From Promethearchaeota archaeon (GTDB lineage Archaea; Asgardarchaeota; Lokiarchaeia; Sigyniarchaeales; SOKP01): 64,000 bases of DNA. Below, piece by piece: positions 30,256 through 40,606 of this stretch. Under the pieces are notes generated by a model. That model was not told where the DNA came from. It saw nothing but the letters and a program-made list of their open reading frames with translations, and did not search any database. Within the stretch, counting starts at the first letter, position 1; the number at the start of each line of letters is the position of its first letter. The stretch spans positions 9,704-73,703 of the forward strand of contig JABCSY010000006.1 in NCBI GenBank assembly GCA_018238625.1, read 5' to 3'. The translations under genes were made by a program, and so were the position numbers.

Positions 30256-33078
30256 TTAATAGTTATTCTCAAGCTCAAGTTTTATCGTTACTATTATGTG
30301 CGGTTCCAAAGTTAAATCAAGATGATTCCCTTTACTTGAATCAATTTTTGCCTTAATGTCGTTTTCTGGCTTTTCTTCCAAAAAGTTTACAATATCCGCA
30401 CTTTTGATGGAAGTTTTTTCGTGTAATGTTAACCTAGCTTTTTGAGTGGTTGGAGTGATGTTGTAGACTCTAACAACTAAAAACTCTCCTTCCTCCGATT
30501 TCTTCAAAGCGCTAAGCATCACATTCCTGTTATCGATTTCAAGAAAGCTTAATTCAGCGGGTAAATAAGGTTTTAACGGTTGAGTAGGTGCTGGTTTAAA
30601 ATATGAGATGATTCCAACAGGTGCTAGGATAACTTTATTCGAAGCTCTCATTGATGTTCTAACTATTGAGGGAACCACCACCTCAAAAGGGTTGTTAAAT
30701 TCTTTACTTTTTATGTGAACGCTCGAATCTAACCAATTAGACTTGTTTCCTTCGACGACGAGAGAAAGTTCGAAAGTATGCTTGCCAAGACATTGAGCTT
30801 CTGGAGTATTTAGGTCTGGACCGGCGTTACTCCTTCTCGAGGCAAAATCGCCTCTTGAAAGCCATTCAATACACCGCAGTAATGTAATAGCCAGCGAAAT
30901 AGTTCCATCTTTGTTTATAACTGCTTCGTATTCGGGTAATCCTTTGTTTATAACCGAAAAAGTTCTTGATGCATCGTTAACAGACACAAAGTCTTTCTGA
31001 TGGTTAGTAGGTAAAGGCTGTTGGGCCCACCCTTCAGACTCTGGCATCTCAACATCTCGCGAAATGACGTAAAAATGACCGTCGGATTCTACTTTTTTAG
31101 ATTTAATATTTGAAGGAAAAATTACTCGTATTCGATGGTCTTTACTATTGTTTTCTAATTCAATCTTAAAATCAATTCGTTTAATGTCTTTATATACCGT
31201 TATATAGATATCAATTAAGTTTGAAATTAGATATTCGTCTCTACTATATCTATCATCGGTTAAAGAATTAGGCAAATTGATGTTTGCTCGTATTTTTATC
31301 GTTTTTTGGGTTGCCCCGTCTAAAAACGGTGTTATTTCTAGAACATTCAGATCTTCTGAGGTGAATTTTAGATCAGTTTGATTATCATATGGTCCAGAAA
31401 AGTCATATTCGTCCCCCCAATCTCCTACATCTTCAAAATAACAAATATTTTCGTACAAAGTTTTGCTTTCCTTATCTAAAACATCGATTTTTCCTTTAAA
31501 ACTTATGTCGATTTTGAAAAACTGATTTTCTAAGCTATTTATACCTAACTTCAATTGTTCGCTCTTTACTACAGATTCTTCTGGTTTTTCTCCTGGTACG
31601 ATATAATAACACCTGTATCCACAAGCAGGAACCTCGGCTAAGAACGAACAATAATAACTAATCGAACCAATAATTCGATATCTTGGTTCTTCGTTGATTT
31701 GAACGTATTGGTATGAGATCTCGTTACCTTCAGAGTCGAGAATTTTGAAAGCGTCTGGATTTTTAAATCCAGCTTTTTTAGTCATAGATATAATGTTAAT
31801 ATTTGCGATATCTTTTCGTTTCCAAGGAAGAGGATTAAATACTACGATCGGAATTTTATTCTCGTCTTCCTCAACTGTGATCAAATCGTATAGATACAAT
31901 AATGAATTTTTAAACACTTCAACACCGATTTGCTCCGCCCAATCAAACCTAGTTTTCATTTCTCTATGAACTTGATCAATAGAACAGCCACATATGCTAT
32001 CGTGGGGGTGGTTTTTAATAAGCCATTTTAAACCTGTGAGCATATAAGCTTGAGGGTAATTAAAATTTTTATATTTATCGAGAGACCATATAATTGTTGA
32101 TAAGGGTTCTGTATATTTTTCGTACAGATATTCAATTGCTGTGTTTCTCTGTTTGATCCACATGCGAGCTGAAAATACTCCTGAAAGTAGATGAGCGTAC
32201 TTTCCCCCTCTTAATTCGCCTTTGAACTGTTTTAACTCTGGATTACAGCCTAATACTTTATCGATGTAATATTCAAAATCGTTTTGTTCTAAAAGTTTCT
32301 CGGGATACATTTCGTTCCATTGTCTGACTATTTCAGGAATTTCCGATCGAGCTTCATGATGATCTGAACCGCTATTCAGAAGAACATAAGGTGTAGCTGT
32401 GAATTTTTCGAACTTGGAAACAACCCTTTTTATCTTATGAAGCGCTAGTTTATATTTTCCACTTTTTTTTGATAAATTAAGATCAGCAACCGAACCGTAG
32501 CTCTGCTTTAAAAATATTCCTAAAATAGAGCTAGAATCTCCGGGGGAATTCCAAATAAATTCAATGTTCAAGTTGTTTTCTTCGAATTCGTTACCAAACC
32601 CTCGCCAGAATAAAATCGAAGGGATTTCAAATCCTTGAAGTATTTGAGGTAATTGAGCAATGTGGCCAAATGGATCAGGGATATAGCCTGCCTTCATAAC
32701 CCTTCCAAATCTTTTAGCAACTTTATGTCCAATTATTAAGTTCCTAATTAGAGATTCGCCACTTACCAAAAACTCATCTGGTAAAATATACATAGGGCCA
32801 ATCGAAAGCCGCCTTTCTTTTACGTATTTTTTTATCTCATCTTCAAATTCAGGTCGAACTTCAAGATAGTCTTCTATCGGAATCGTTTGTCCGTCAAGAG
32901 TGAAGTTTTTATAATTTGGGTCGCTTCTTAGGATATCTAAGAGCTTATCCATCATAAGAACTAGTCTTCCTCTATACTCTTGAAACGGGAGATACCAATC
33001 ATGCTTTATACATCAATTGTATAAAGTTTCACGGTCCCAATGAGTTTCAGGAACTATAATTATGTTATTAGCTTTCAC
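30256..33078 (-). CDS. Glycoside hydrolase family 38 alpha-mannosidase, split gene (exon 1 33078-33028, exon 2 32997-30256)
   Basis: Exon 1 (GTG)KANNIIIVPETHWDRE plus exon 2 WYLPFQEYRGRLVLMMDKLL gives HWDREWY. Also FTLDGQ, PDEFLVSGESLIRNL, YIPDPFGH, HPHDSICGCS. Confidence 0.92.
32998..33027 (-). other. Putative 30-nt bulge-helix-bulge-type intron in the GH38 gene
   Basis: Minus strand ACTTTATACAATTGATGTATAAAGCATGAT, containing an in-frame TGA. Perfect 9-bp stem CTTTATACA/TGTATAAAG, central helix CGTG/CATG (one G-U), bulges AAA and ATT. Cutting after the 2nd bulge nt joins GAA|TGG (Glu-Trp). Confidence 0.82.
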
Positions 33079-33197
33079 TTTAATTACTTGATTTTATAAT
33101 TTAATAATAATAATTGGAATTAATTTTACTTAATATTACATATCTTTTTGAAAATATTAAGATAAAAGAAGAAAAAAAATCAGATTTTCTTTTGTAA

Positions 33198-34058
33198 TTA
33201 TCTCATTGAAGATTCTTTACTATCTATCTTTAAAGGATTTGTTAAAGGTTCAGTAATTCCAATTTTTTTTGCTATTTTTTGTATGTATCTCTTTCTATGT
33301 TTTGCTGTGATATCTAATATAACAAATGCTGGAACAGCCATGACAATTAATAAAAAAGGTAATAATGGAATTAGAAAAACACCCGGATTAATGTCAACAA
33401 CTGCCAATGTATCAATTGTAAACTTCGCATAAATAAAAACAATAGAAATTCCTGCATATCCTTTTAGGATGTAATTATACCAACCTCCCACGCTCCGTAC
33501 TTCTATAGGGTCTCGTATCCCGTTTACTTTTTCTTTATTTGTAAAGACAATCCCTCCATCAAGTAAAAACCAAATTGGTGAAAAAAGACCCATGGATATT
33601 CCAAACATTAAAGGAAGAATTGTCACAAGCGTCACCAAGGGAATTTTTAATTTGTCACTTACCTCTACTACATAAGTTGGAGATAATATTATATTTTGAA
33701 CCCATTCAAACTGTGAAAACATTAGCGCAAAATTTATCGCCATGAGTGTTGGCCAAATTGCTTTAAAACCAATCTTTACTTTAAATGGCTCAGGTCGGTC
33801 TTGGATTCCATATTTCATCCTAATTCCTAAAGTATATTTATGAACAATTAGAAAAATAGGACCTAAGATATATCCTATAAAAATACTTCCAATGATCCCC
33901 GCAATTGCTGACATCCAAAATATGTAATACATTTGAAAGCCTAAATGATCTGGTAATAATTGAGTATACCCTGGAGAATCAACGAAAATTGTAAGCGCAA
34001 GAACTCCTAGCACGACTGAGAAAACAATTAGATGCTTTTTATAACTAATTTCTGACAT
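33198..34058 (-). CDS. Hypothetical membrane protein
   Basis: 286-aa ORF with about 6 hydrophobic segments. Confidence 0.7.
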   Translation of the reverse strand: MSEISYKKHLIVFSVVLGVLALTIFVDSPGYTQLLPDHLGFQMYYIFWMSAIAGIIGSIFIGYILGPIFLIVHKYTLGIRMKYGIQDRPEPFKVKIGFKAIWPTLMAINFALMFSQFEWVQNIILSPTYVVEVSDKLKIPLVTLVTILPLMFGISMGLFSPIWFLLDGGIVFTNKEKVNGIRDPIEVRSVGGWYNYILKGYAGISIVFIYAKFTIDTLAVVDINPGVFLIPLLPFLLIVMAVPAFVILDITAKHRKRYIQKIAKKIGITEPLTNPLKIDSKESSMR

Positions 34059-34169
34059 TTTCTAATCTAGATTTGTTTTAATTTAATTAAATGGAATAGG
34101 GTTTTAAGGTAAAAAAGGATTACAAATTATTTTGACTATATTGTTAAAAAACTGTTTCATTAGTTAAGA

Positions 34170-35690
34170 TTAATACTTAAAAACAGATTTTCCAACAACG
34201 CTGAAATGTGGTTTTTCGCCTAATAAATCTAAGAGCGTCGGAACCATATCCGTCGTTTTACAGTACGATAACTCCGTTGAGGGGATGTTTGGAGACCCTC
34301 CTATGATGAATGGCACAGTCATCGACTTTTTAAGTCCTATATCGTGAGTATATGGAGAATAAGGTTTAGATTCCCCATGTTCATAACCAAATCCATATTC
34401 GCCAATCGTGGATATCATAATATCGCAAGAACGCGGATTTTTAAAATATCGAGGGATTTGATCTACTATCATCGGAAAATCAATTTTATTCGTTCCTTCT
34501 AACCACTCATCAATATTGTGAGCTTTATTATCTAAAAGCGCAGCGGATTCCTCGTAAGCTTCGTATTTGTATAAATCGCTTTCATCAACGATATATTTTG
34601 TTCGTTGATTTTTTCCATGACCCTCATATTCAATAATGTTTTTTGAAATTTTTCCTGATTTCTCGTTTAGATGTTCCACATATATTCTCCCTTTGTCAGG
34701 TGTGTTATCGTCGTCGCGGTAATACATCAATTTCACGCCCGGAATCTTCCATAAAGTTTCAAATAAATTCAATTTAGTCTTTCCTAAACCGCTTGGAACA
34801 AATTCTTTTAATTGGTTAGTAGTCGGATGATGATGCCAATCTTTCCCTGGAAAGTTGAAAAATCCAACTGAACCAAAGCTAACGTCAAAATCACCAATTC
34901 CTTTTCTAGGTAAGTATTGCATTAAACCCAATTCTTTAAAATAAGGTTCAACGTCATACAATTTTTCAGTTTTATAGTTTCCATGATCTGAAATAATTCC
35001 AATCGCAGTTGAATCAAAATACCCTTTTTCCTTTAACATTTTAATTATTAGGCCAATAGATTCATCGCATTTAATAATTTCATTAATGTATTGTGGATGA
35101 GAAAACCCTTTTTTATGCATAAGGTCGTCTGTTTTGGGGATATAAGCAACGCTTACTTTAGGTACTTCTTTGTTTGAAAAGATTTTTTTAGGATCTTTAT
35201 ATATCTCTTCAACCCCCTTTAATATCGATTGAGTGGTGTATTCTACTGGGGGAATTAATACCGATCCTCGATTAAAAAGGTTCAACGAGCTTAAAAAATT
35301 ACCTTCTCCTGCTTGTTCAAAAATAGTTCGACAATTTGGTCCTAAATCATTGTTAAATTTTAGGATATGGCTTCCCTTTCCGCCATTTCGGATAATTGGA
35401 AATTTCTTTCCTTCTGATGGCGGGTCTGTTCTGCCAACCCAATGATACATTGGTATACCACTTCCTTCTATAGGATAGTATCCCGAATAGGCTCCAAGAA
35501 CTATATTAGTGTAACAAGGATATGTAATACTCGGAAAAGAAGTAGTACAATTTTGGCACGAGATTCCACTCTCAGCAAGTTGAGCTATATTTGGTAGCTT
35601 TCTTTGCTTAATTAAATCAAAAAGGTGGGACGCTCGGACATCATCAATAACGATTAAAATTACTTGATTAACTAAACTATTTCGAGGCAT
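34170..35690 (-). CDS. Alkaline phosphatase superfamily (nucleotide pyrophosphatase/phosphodiesterase-like)
   Basis: VILIVIDD, SFPSITYP (nucleophile Thr), DDLMHKKG, IISDHG, TDMVPTLLDLLG. Confidence 0.85.
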   Translation of the reverse strand: MPRNSLVNQVILIVIDDVRASHLFDLIKQRKLPNIAQLAESGISCQNCTTSFPSITYPCYTNIVLGAYSGYYPIEGSGIPMYHWVGRTDPPSEGKKFPIIRNGGKGSHILKFNNDLGPNCRTIFEQAGEGNFLSSLNLFNRGSVLIPPVEYTTQSILKGVEEIYKDPKKIFSNKEVPKVSVAYIPKTDDLMHKKGFSHPQYINEIIKCDESIGLIIKMLKEKGYFDSTAIGIISDHGNYKTEKLYDVEPYFKELGLMQYLPRKGIGDFDVSFGSVGFFNFPGKDWHHHPTTNQLKEFVPSGLGKTKLNLFETLWKIPGVKLMYYRDDDNTPDKGRIYVEHLNEKSGKISKNIIEYEGHGKNQRTKYIVDESDLYKYEAYEESAALLDNKAHNIDEWLEGTNKIDFPMIVDQIPRYFKNPRSCDIMISTIGEYGFGYEHGESKPYSPYTHDIGLKKSMTVPFIIGGSPNIPSTELSYCKTTDMVPTLLDLLGEKPHFSVVGKSVFKY

Positions 35691-35784
35691 AATTAAATTA
35701 AAAATATTATTTTAGTGGATAAATTCGCAATACATTAAAAAATTTTTTTATCGAACGCGATTACGGTTACTTTTATCATTTTTC

Positions 35785-37117
35785 GCAAAAGAAAACACGT
35801 TCCTTTAGGGATGCGATGAATTTTGCATCACTAAAAATTGAACCTCTTCTTCTTTAAATACAAGAAAATAATAGATTAACCAATGCAACTCGTTCGACAA
35901 GTTCAATTCAAACGATCAAATCTCTTGGACGAGATAACTTTTCTTTCAAAAAACTTGTTTAACGTTGCCACCTACACGGTTCGACAACGGTTCTTCGTGG
36001 ATCGTCATTGGGCTCGATATAACGAGTTATGGAAATTGCTAAAAACTCACGAGGCGTATAAAAAGCTTCAAGAGACGTGCGGTTCTCATCCGCCACAGCA
36101 AGTCCTTAAACAAGTAGATCGAAACTTCAAGAGCTTTTTTAAAGCGATTAAAATATGGAAAAAAGAACCGTCTAAATTTCAAGGAATGCCAAGGCTCCCA
36201 CATTACAAACGTAAGAACGGTCGTAATTTGGTCTATTTCACTTCATTACAATGTAGGTTGAAGGACGGTTTTGTTTTACTCACGAGAAAGATGGAAAGAT
36301 TAGGCTTTCCGAAAATAAAAACGGATCTCGAAAGCGTGAAAGGAGTTCGCATCGTTCCTTTCGGGGATCGATATAACATCGAATTGATCTACGACTACGA
36401 GCCACTAGACTTGTACTTGAACGAGGATAACGTGTTAGGGATCGATTTAGGACTTAACAACATCGTAACTGCGTCAGATAACGTTGGAAACAACCCACTG
36501 ATTATCAAGGGCGGTGTCGTGAAGTCGATCAATCAATTCTATAACAAGCAATTAGCCAAATACAAATCATTCAGCAAGATTTGTAACGACACCGAATTGA
36601 CTAAGCGCATCTTGAAGCTTCATCGAAAGCGAAACAATAAAATTAGAGATTTTTTCCACAAAACTTCGAGAAAAGTAATCAATTACTGCATTTCTAACGA
36701 TATAGGAACGATAATCATCGGGTATAACGAAGGTTGGAAGCAAATGATCGCGATAGGGAAGAAAAACAACCAGAACTTCGTTTCCGTGCCATTGTTAAAA
36801 CTCGTTCGGCAAGTAGAATACAAGTCCGAGATGGTTGGAATTAAAGTGGTGAGAATCACCGAAGAATATACTTCGCAAACGTGCTCTTCGTGTGGAGTCG
36901 TACGCAAGTCAAACCGCAAGTATCGCGGTCTATATGCGTGTAAAGATTGCGGAGTTGTTCTAAACGCCGATGTGAACGCTTCAAGAAACATGATACAGAA
37001 AGGAGTCCCTGAGTCCAAGTGGTTAGGGGATAGAGGATGCTTGAACCATCCATTAGTGTTAAAAGTTTAACGACTCTTAACCTGCGAATCCAAGCCCTTT
37101 AGGGTGTGGTAGTTCAA
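35785..37117 (+). mobile_element. IS200/IS605-family element carrying tnpB only (IS1341-like); ends approximate
   Basis: Higher GC than flanks. Related subterminal hairpins share CCTTTAGGG (left CACGTTCCTTTAGGGATGCG at about 35796-35815, right CAAGCCCTTTAGGGTGTGG at 37091-37109). Right end GTTCAA. No tnpA present. Confidence 0.8.
35883..37070 (+). CDS. tnpB: TnpB RNA-guided endonuclease
   Basis: KNLFNVATY, LGIDLGLNN (RuvC-I), EEYTSQTCSSCG...YACKDCG zinc finger, LNADVNASRN (RuvC-III). Confidence 0.93.
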   Translation: MQLVRQVQFKRSNLLDEITFLSKNLFNVATYTVRQRFFVDRHWARYNELWKLLKTHEAYKKLQETCGSHPPQQVLKQVDRNFKSFFKAIKIWKKEPSKFQGMPRLPHYKRKNGRNLVYFTSLQCRLKDGFVLLTRKMERLGFPKIKTDLESVKGVRIVPFGDRYNIELIYDYEPLDLYLNEDNVLGIDLGLNNIVTASDNVGNNPLIIKGGVVKSINQFYNKQLAKYKSFSKICNDTELTKRILKLHRKRNNKIRDFFHKTSRKVINYCISNDIGTIIIGYNEGWKQMIAIGKKNNQNFVSVPLLKLVRQVEYKSEMVGIKVVRITEEYTSQTCSSCGVVRKSNRKYRGLYACKDCGVVLNADVNASRNMIQKGVPESKWLGDRGCLNHPLVLKV

Positions 37118-37168
37118 TCAAGCGTGATTCCAAAAAGTTTTTGATGTTTAAAATATTTAATAAGACAA

Positions 37169-38269
37169 ATGAGTGAAGCAATTGAAAGAAATTTTATTGT
37201 GGGAATCTTAGGGGATAATTTTGATATTAATAATCTAATAGGACAAGCGTTAGGTTCCCCCGGAACAAAATCAGATATTCTATTTTACAATCGCTTGGAT
37301 GTAAGCCTAAATCAAGTGTTTTGTGGGCTAACTCCTATTGACTATCCCGAAAAAATTAAACCGCTTTTACAAACTCTAGCAATATCTAATATTCATTGTC
37401 TTGTAATAGATTTAAATGTGGGGTTAAATGCCTCTATTGGAGAAATATTAGTTGGAATGGATTTATTTTATCAACTCTTTAAAACTAAAGCTTTAATAGT
37501 GATAGCTGGGATAAACTCGAAAACAGAGTGGAAGCTGCCTGAGATAAGAAAGAAGCTCGAAGCAATTTTGGAGAGCACTAGTTTGAACAATACAGAAATA
37601 TTCGAGTTAAAAATCAAAGAGGATTACGAAAATTTAAAGAAGAAAATTATTGATCTTGGCATTAAACTTCTGGAAAAAGAGCCAAATTCCGAAGAAAATA
37701 CTAAGATATTAATCGATCACGTGTTTCCAGTTAAAGGAATTGGTACTGTGATACTTGGAATTGTAAAGCAAGGAAAGGTTCAAAGCGGTCAAATGCTCGA
37801 AATAGTAGGTTATGAAGCAGCAGTAAAAAAAGTAATAATTCGAAGCATACAGAAACACGATAGAACTTTTAAGGTCGCCTACGAGGGCGATCGAGTAGGT
37901 CTTGCTTTAAAGGGAAATATTTCACCCCATGATGTTAGTCGAGATAATCTTTTAGTTAGTCCTGGAGTTTTTAAACAAGAACTTGAAATAAAAGCTAAGG
38001 TTTTTATAAATCAGTATTATGCGCCCAAAGGGGGAATAATAAAACCCGGCGATGGAGTTCAGTATTACGGTTTAGTAGGCTTAAAATTATCTCCTCTCAA
38101 ATTTATTGAAGGCCAAGAATTAACTCCCGGTAAGAGCGGAGTCGTCAAGATTCTTTTTGATAAAACAGTAGTTCACGATGCCGAGGGACTTAAAGGAATT
38201 ATTACAGAATTAAATCGCTTCAATAATAAGCTACGCATTGTAGGATATTTTTTGCAAATCGAGGACTAA
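37169..38269 (+). CDS. SelB-like / EF-Tu domain II protein with a degenerate G domain
   Basis: ILIDHVFPVKGIGTVILGIVKQG, IRSIQKHD, GDRVGLALKG; no intact GxxxxGKS/T P-loop. Confidence 0.78.
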   Translation: MSEAIERNFIVGILGDNFDINNLIGQALGSPGTKSDILFYNRLDVSLNQVFCGLTPIDYPEKIKPLLQTLAISNIHCLVIDLNVGLNASIGEILVGMDLFYQLFKTKALIVIAGINSKTEWKLPEIRKKLEAILESTSLNNTEIFELKIKEDYENLKKKIIDLGIKLLEKEPNSEENTKILIDHVFPVKGIGTVILGIVKQGKVQSGQMLEIVGYEAAVKKVIIRSIQKHDRTFKVAYEGDRVGLALKGNISPHDVSRDNLLVSPGVFKQELEIKAKVFINQYYAPKGGIIKPGDGVQYYGLVGLKLSPLKFIEGQELTPGKSGVVKILFDKTVVHDAEGLKGIITELNRFNNKLRIVGYFLQIED

Positions 38270-38277
38270 GAATTCAA

Positions 38278-39204
38278 TTAAGTTTTATACTTATTAATTT
38301 TTAAATTTTCTAAAATCTTTTTCATGAGCTTATACAACACTCCTTCTTCAAACGATTCTGTAGCGACTACTAGTGATTTAAGATTTATATTAGGTATATC
38401 AAGCGGTACCATTAGCATTCTGAGTATTTTATCGTCTACATTTATTAAATGTGTTTCTCCATCATTAAGATCTATCGTTTTTTTCTTTTGAGTTAAATGG
38501 TAAAAGATTCGATAAGACTCATAAATTAAATTAATATCGAAATCATTAGATTTTGATTGGACAATTATACCATTATTATAATCTGTAATATAACAGATCG
38601 ATTTCGAAAAATCCCTAACGCTAACATCGAGAGATTTTTTAAGAGAAAAAGTTTTATCGGAAAATTTACTAAGGATTTCAGAAAAAGCATTATGAATACT
38701 ATAAACGAATTCTTCATCTATACTCGTGAAATAAAGCAAATGTTCCATAGGTAAGTTGATGATACTCTGAATTTGGTATGTAAGTATTTTAACATTATTT
38801 CTAATAGCCTTTGGAATTAGATCGATTTTATGAAAAATTATCATCAGTTTTGTTTCTTTATTAATCCTTTTAATAATATTATGTACTTCTTTAATCTCAT
38901 CAGCGATTTCCTGTGAATTACTTTGCCAATTATCGTAATCAAAAATATAAATAACAGCGGCGGCATTTCCAAAAGCAATAATTTGTTCTGATTCTTCTTT
39001 CAGTAAACTATCTAATTCTTGTCCAGAAGTATCAAAAACGCTTAACTCTAAATCTAACCAAGAATAGTTTGATGTTTCTATTCCTCGAGTTGGCTCGAGA
39101 GAATGAACTAAAAGCTCGTTGGGGTCCCCACCCTCAAATATAATTCTTTTTAATGTTGATTTTCCTACACCCGCTCTTCCTAATAATAATAGTTTTCGTG
39201 CCAT
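38278..39204 (-). CDS. Rag/Gtr1-like small GTPase with C-terminal roadblock-like domain
   Basis: KLLLLGRAGVGKST, LEPTRGIE, FDTSGQE, IYIFD, FHKIDLI, YFTSI. HKxD and TSI are typical of Rag GTPases. Confidence 0.8.
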   Translation of the reverse strand: MARKLLLLGRAGVGKSTLKRIIFEGGDPNELLVHSLEPTRGIETSNYSWLDLELSVFDTSGQELDSLLKEESEQIIAFGNAAAVIYIFDYDNWQSNSQEIADEIKEVHNIIKRINKETKLMIIFHKIDLIPKAIRNNVKILTYQIQSIINLPMEHLLYFTSIDEEFVYSIHNAFSEILSKFSDKTFSLKKSLDVSVRDFSKSICYITDYNNGIIVQSKSNDFDINLIYESYRIFYHLTQKKKTIDLNDGETHLINVDDKILRMLMVPLDIPNINLKSLVVATESFEEGVLYKLMKKILENLKINKYKT

Positions 39205-39394
39205 AAAAGATCATCTTGTTATTTTAGATTTTCATTTATTAAATAGGATATTCCAATAGTTAAGCAATGACAATTTTTATATTTAAATTTAAAGAAAAAA
39301 TAGATTGATAAATATTCATTAATTAAAAGTTTTAATAAGTTCGAAGAGCTAAATATAAGCAATAAAATGCATATTAAAGATTACTAATTTTATA

Positions 39395-40468
39395 ATGGAA
39401 ACTGTTCACAAATTTTTTTTTAAGAATTCTTCTGATATGAGCGAAGTAAAATCAGATACAATTGATTTGGTAATAACTTCGCCCCCCTACCCTATGATAG
39501 AAATGTGGGATAAGTTATTTTCAACGCTGAACGAAGATATCCAACAATCCCTTCAAGAGGGAGACGGTTATAGCGCTTTTAATCTTATGCATGAAGAGTT
39601 AGAAAAGATTTGGAAAGAAGTTGTGAGAGTGGTAAAACCGGGGGGAATTGTTTGTATCAATGTTGGAGATGCTACAAGAAATATTAATAAAAATTTTCAA
39701 CTATTTACTAACCATGTTAGGATAACTACTTTTTTTCAAAACAATGGATTTATAGTTTTACCATGCATTCTATGGAGAAAACCAACAAATAGTCCTAATA
39801 AATTCTTAGGCTCAGGTATGTTGCCAACAAATGCATATATAACCCTTGAACACGAGTATATATTAATTTTTAGAAAAGGAGATAAAAAAAGGAAGCTGTC
39901 TCCTGGCCTAGAGCATAGATATAATAGCGCTTATTTTTGGGAAGAAAGAAATAAATGGTTTTCAGACTTGTGGCCAGATATCAGAGGTATGTCCCAAAAA
40001 TTGAGTAGTATAAATGAAAATAAAAAAATAATAAGAGAAAGATCAGCAGCTTTTCCTTTAAAGCTACCATATAGATTGATTAATATGTTTTCTATTTATG
40101 GAGACACGGTTTTAGATCCTTTTTGGGGGACAGGTACAACGACTTTCGCTGCGATGGTTTCTGGGAGAAATTCTATTGGGTACGAGATTAATTCTGAGTT
40201 TTTAGAAGGCTTTAAAATCAATCTTAAAGAACTAAAAAATACGACTAAATCGATTAACAATAACCGAATTAAAAATCATATTGAATTTATAGAAAGTTAC
40301 AAGAAATCAGGAAAGGAGCCTAAATATCTAGCGAATAACTATAAGTTTCCTGTTATCACAAAACAAGAAATTGAAATTTTATTATTTTCCATAATAAATT
40401 ATATCGAAAATAACAATGAATTTACTGTTAACTATAGTAAATTTGAGTTAGAACAAAAAGATAATTGA
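39395..40468 (+). CDS. Site-specific DNA methyltransferase (N4-C/N6-A, beta class)
   Basis: DLVITSPPY precedes VLDPFWGTGTT; AFP and GYEI motifs. Confidence 0.9.
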   Translation: METVHKFFFKNSSDMSEVKSDTIDLVITSPPYPMIEMWDKLFSTLNEDIQQSLQEGDGYSAFNLMHEELEKIWKEVVRVVKPGGIVCINVGDATRNINKNFQLFTNHVRITTFFQNNGFIVLPCILWRKPTNSPNKFLGSGMLPTNAYITLEHEYILIFRKGDKKRKLSPGLEHRYNSAYFWEERNKWFSDLWPDIRGMSQKLSSINENKKIIRERSAAFPLKLPYRLINMFSIYGDTVLDPFWGTGTTTFAAMVSGRNSIGYEINSEFLEGFKINLKELKNTTKSINNNRIKNHIEFIESYKKSGKEPKYLANNYKFPVITKQEIEILLFSIINYIENNNEFTVNYSKFELEQKDN

Positions 40469-40606
40469 TATACTCAAACATCGAATATCTATCCTTAAAT
40501 AAACTACATAAGCAGTAATATAGCCATAGCAAGTCCCAACTCTCGCGGAGAATTCATCAAATAACTTCCCTAATTGGGCTTTTTTATTTGAATCATTAAA
40601 TAGGAC

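Noticed and set aside
33013-33015. In-frame TGA followed by Cys in the GH38 gene read as selenocysteine
   Set aside because: Read-through would put 10 residues inside the HWDREW motif. The TGA sits in the hairpin loop region of the insert, and the intron model explains the junctions exactly.
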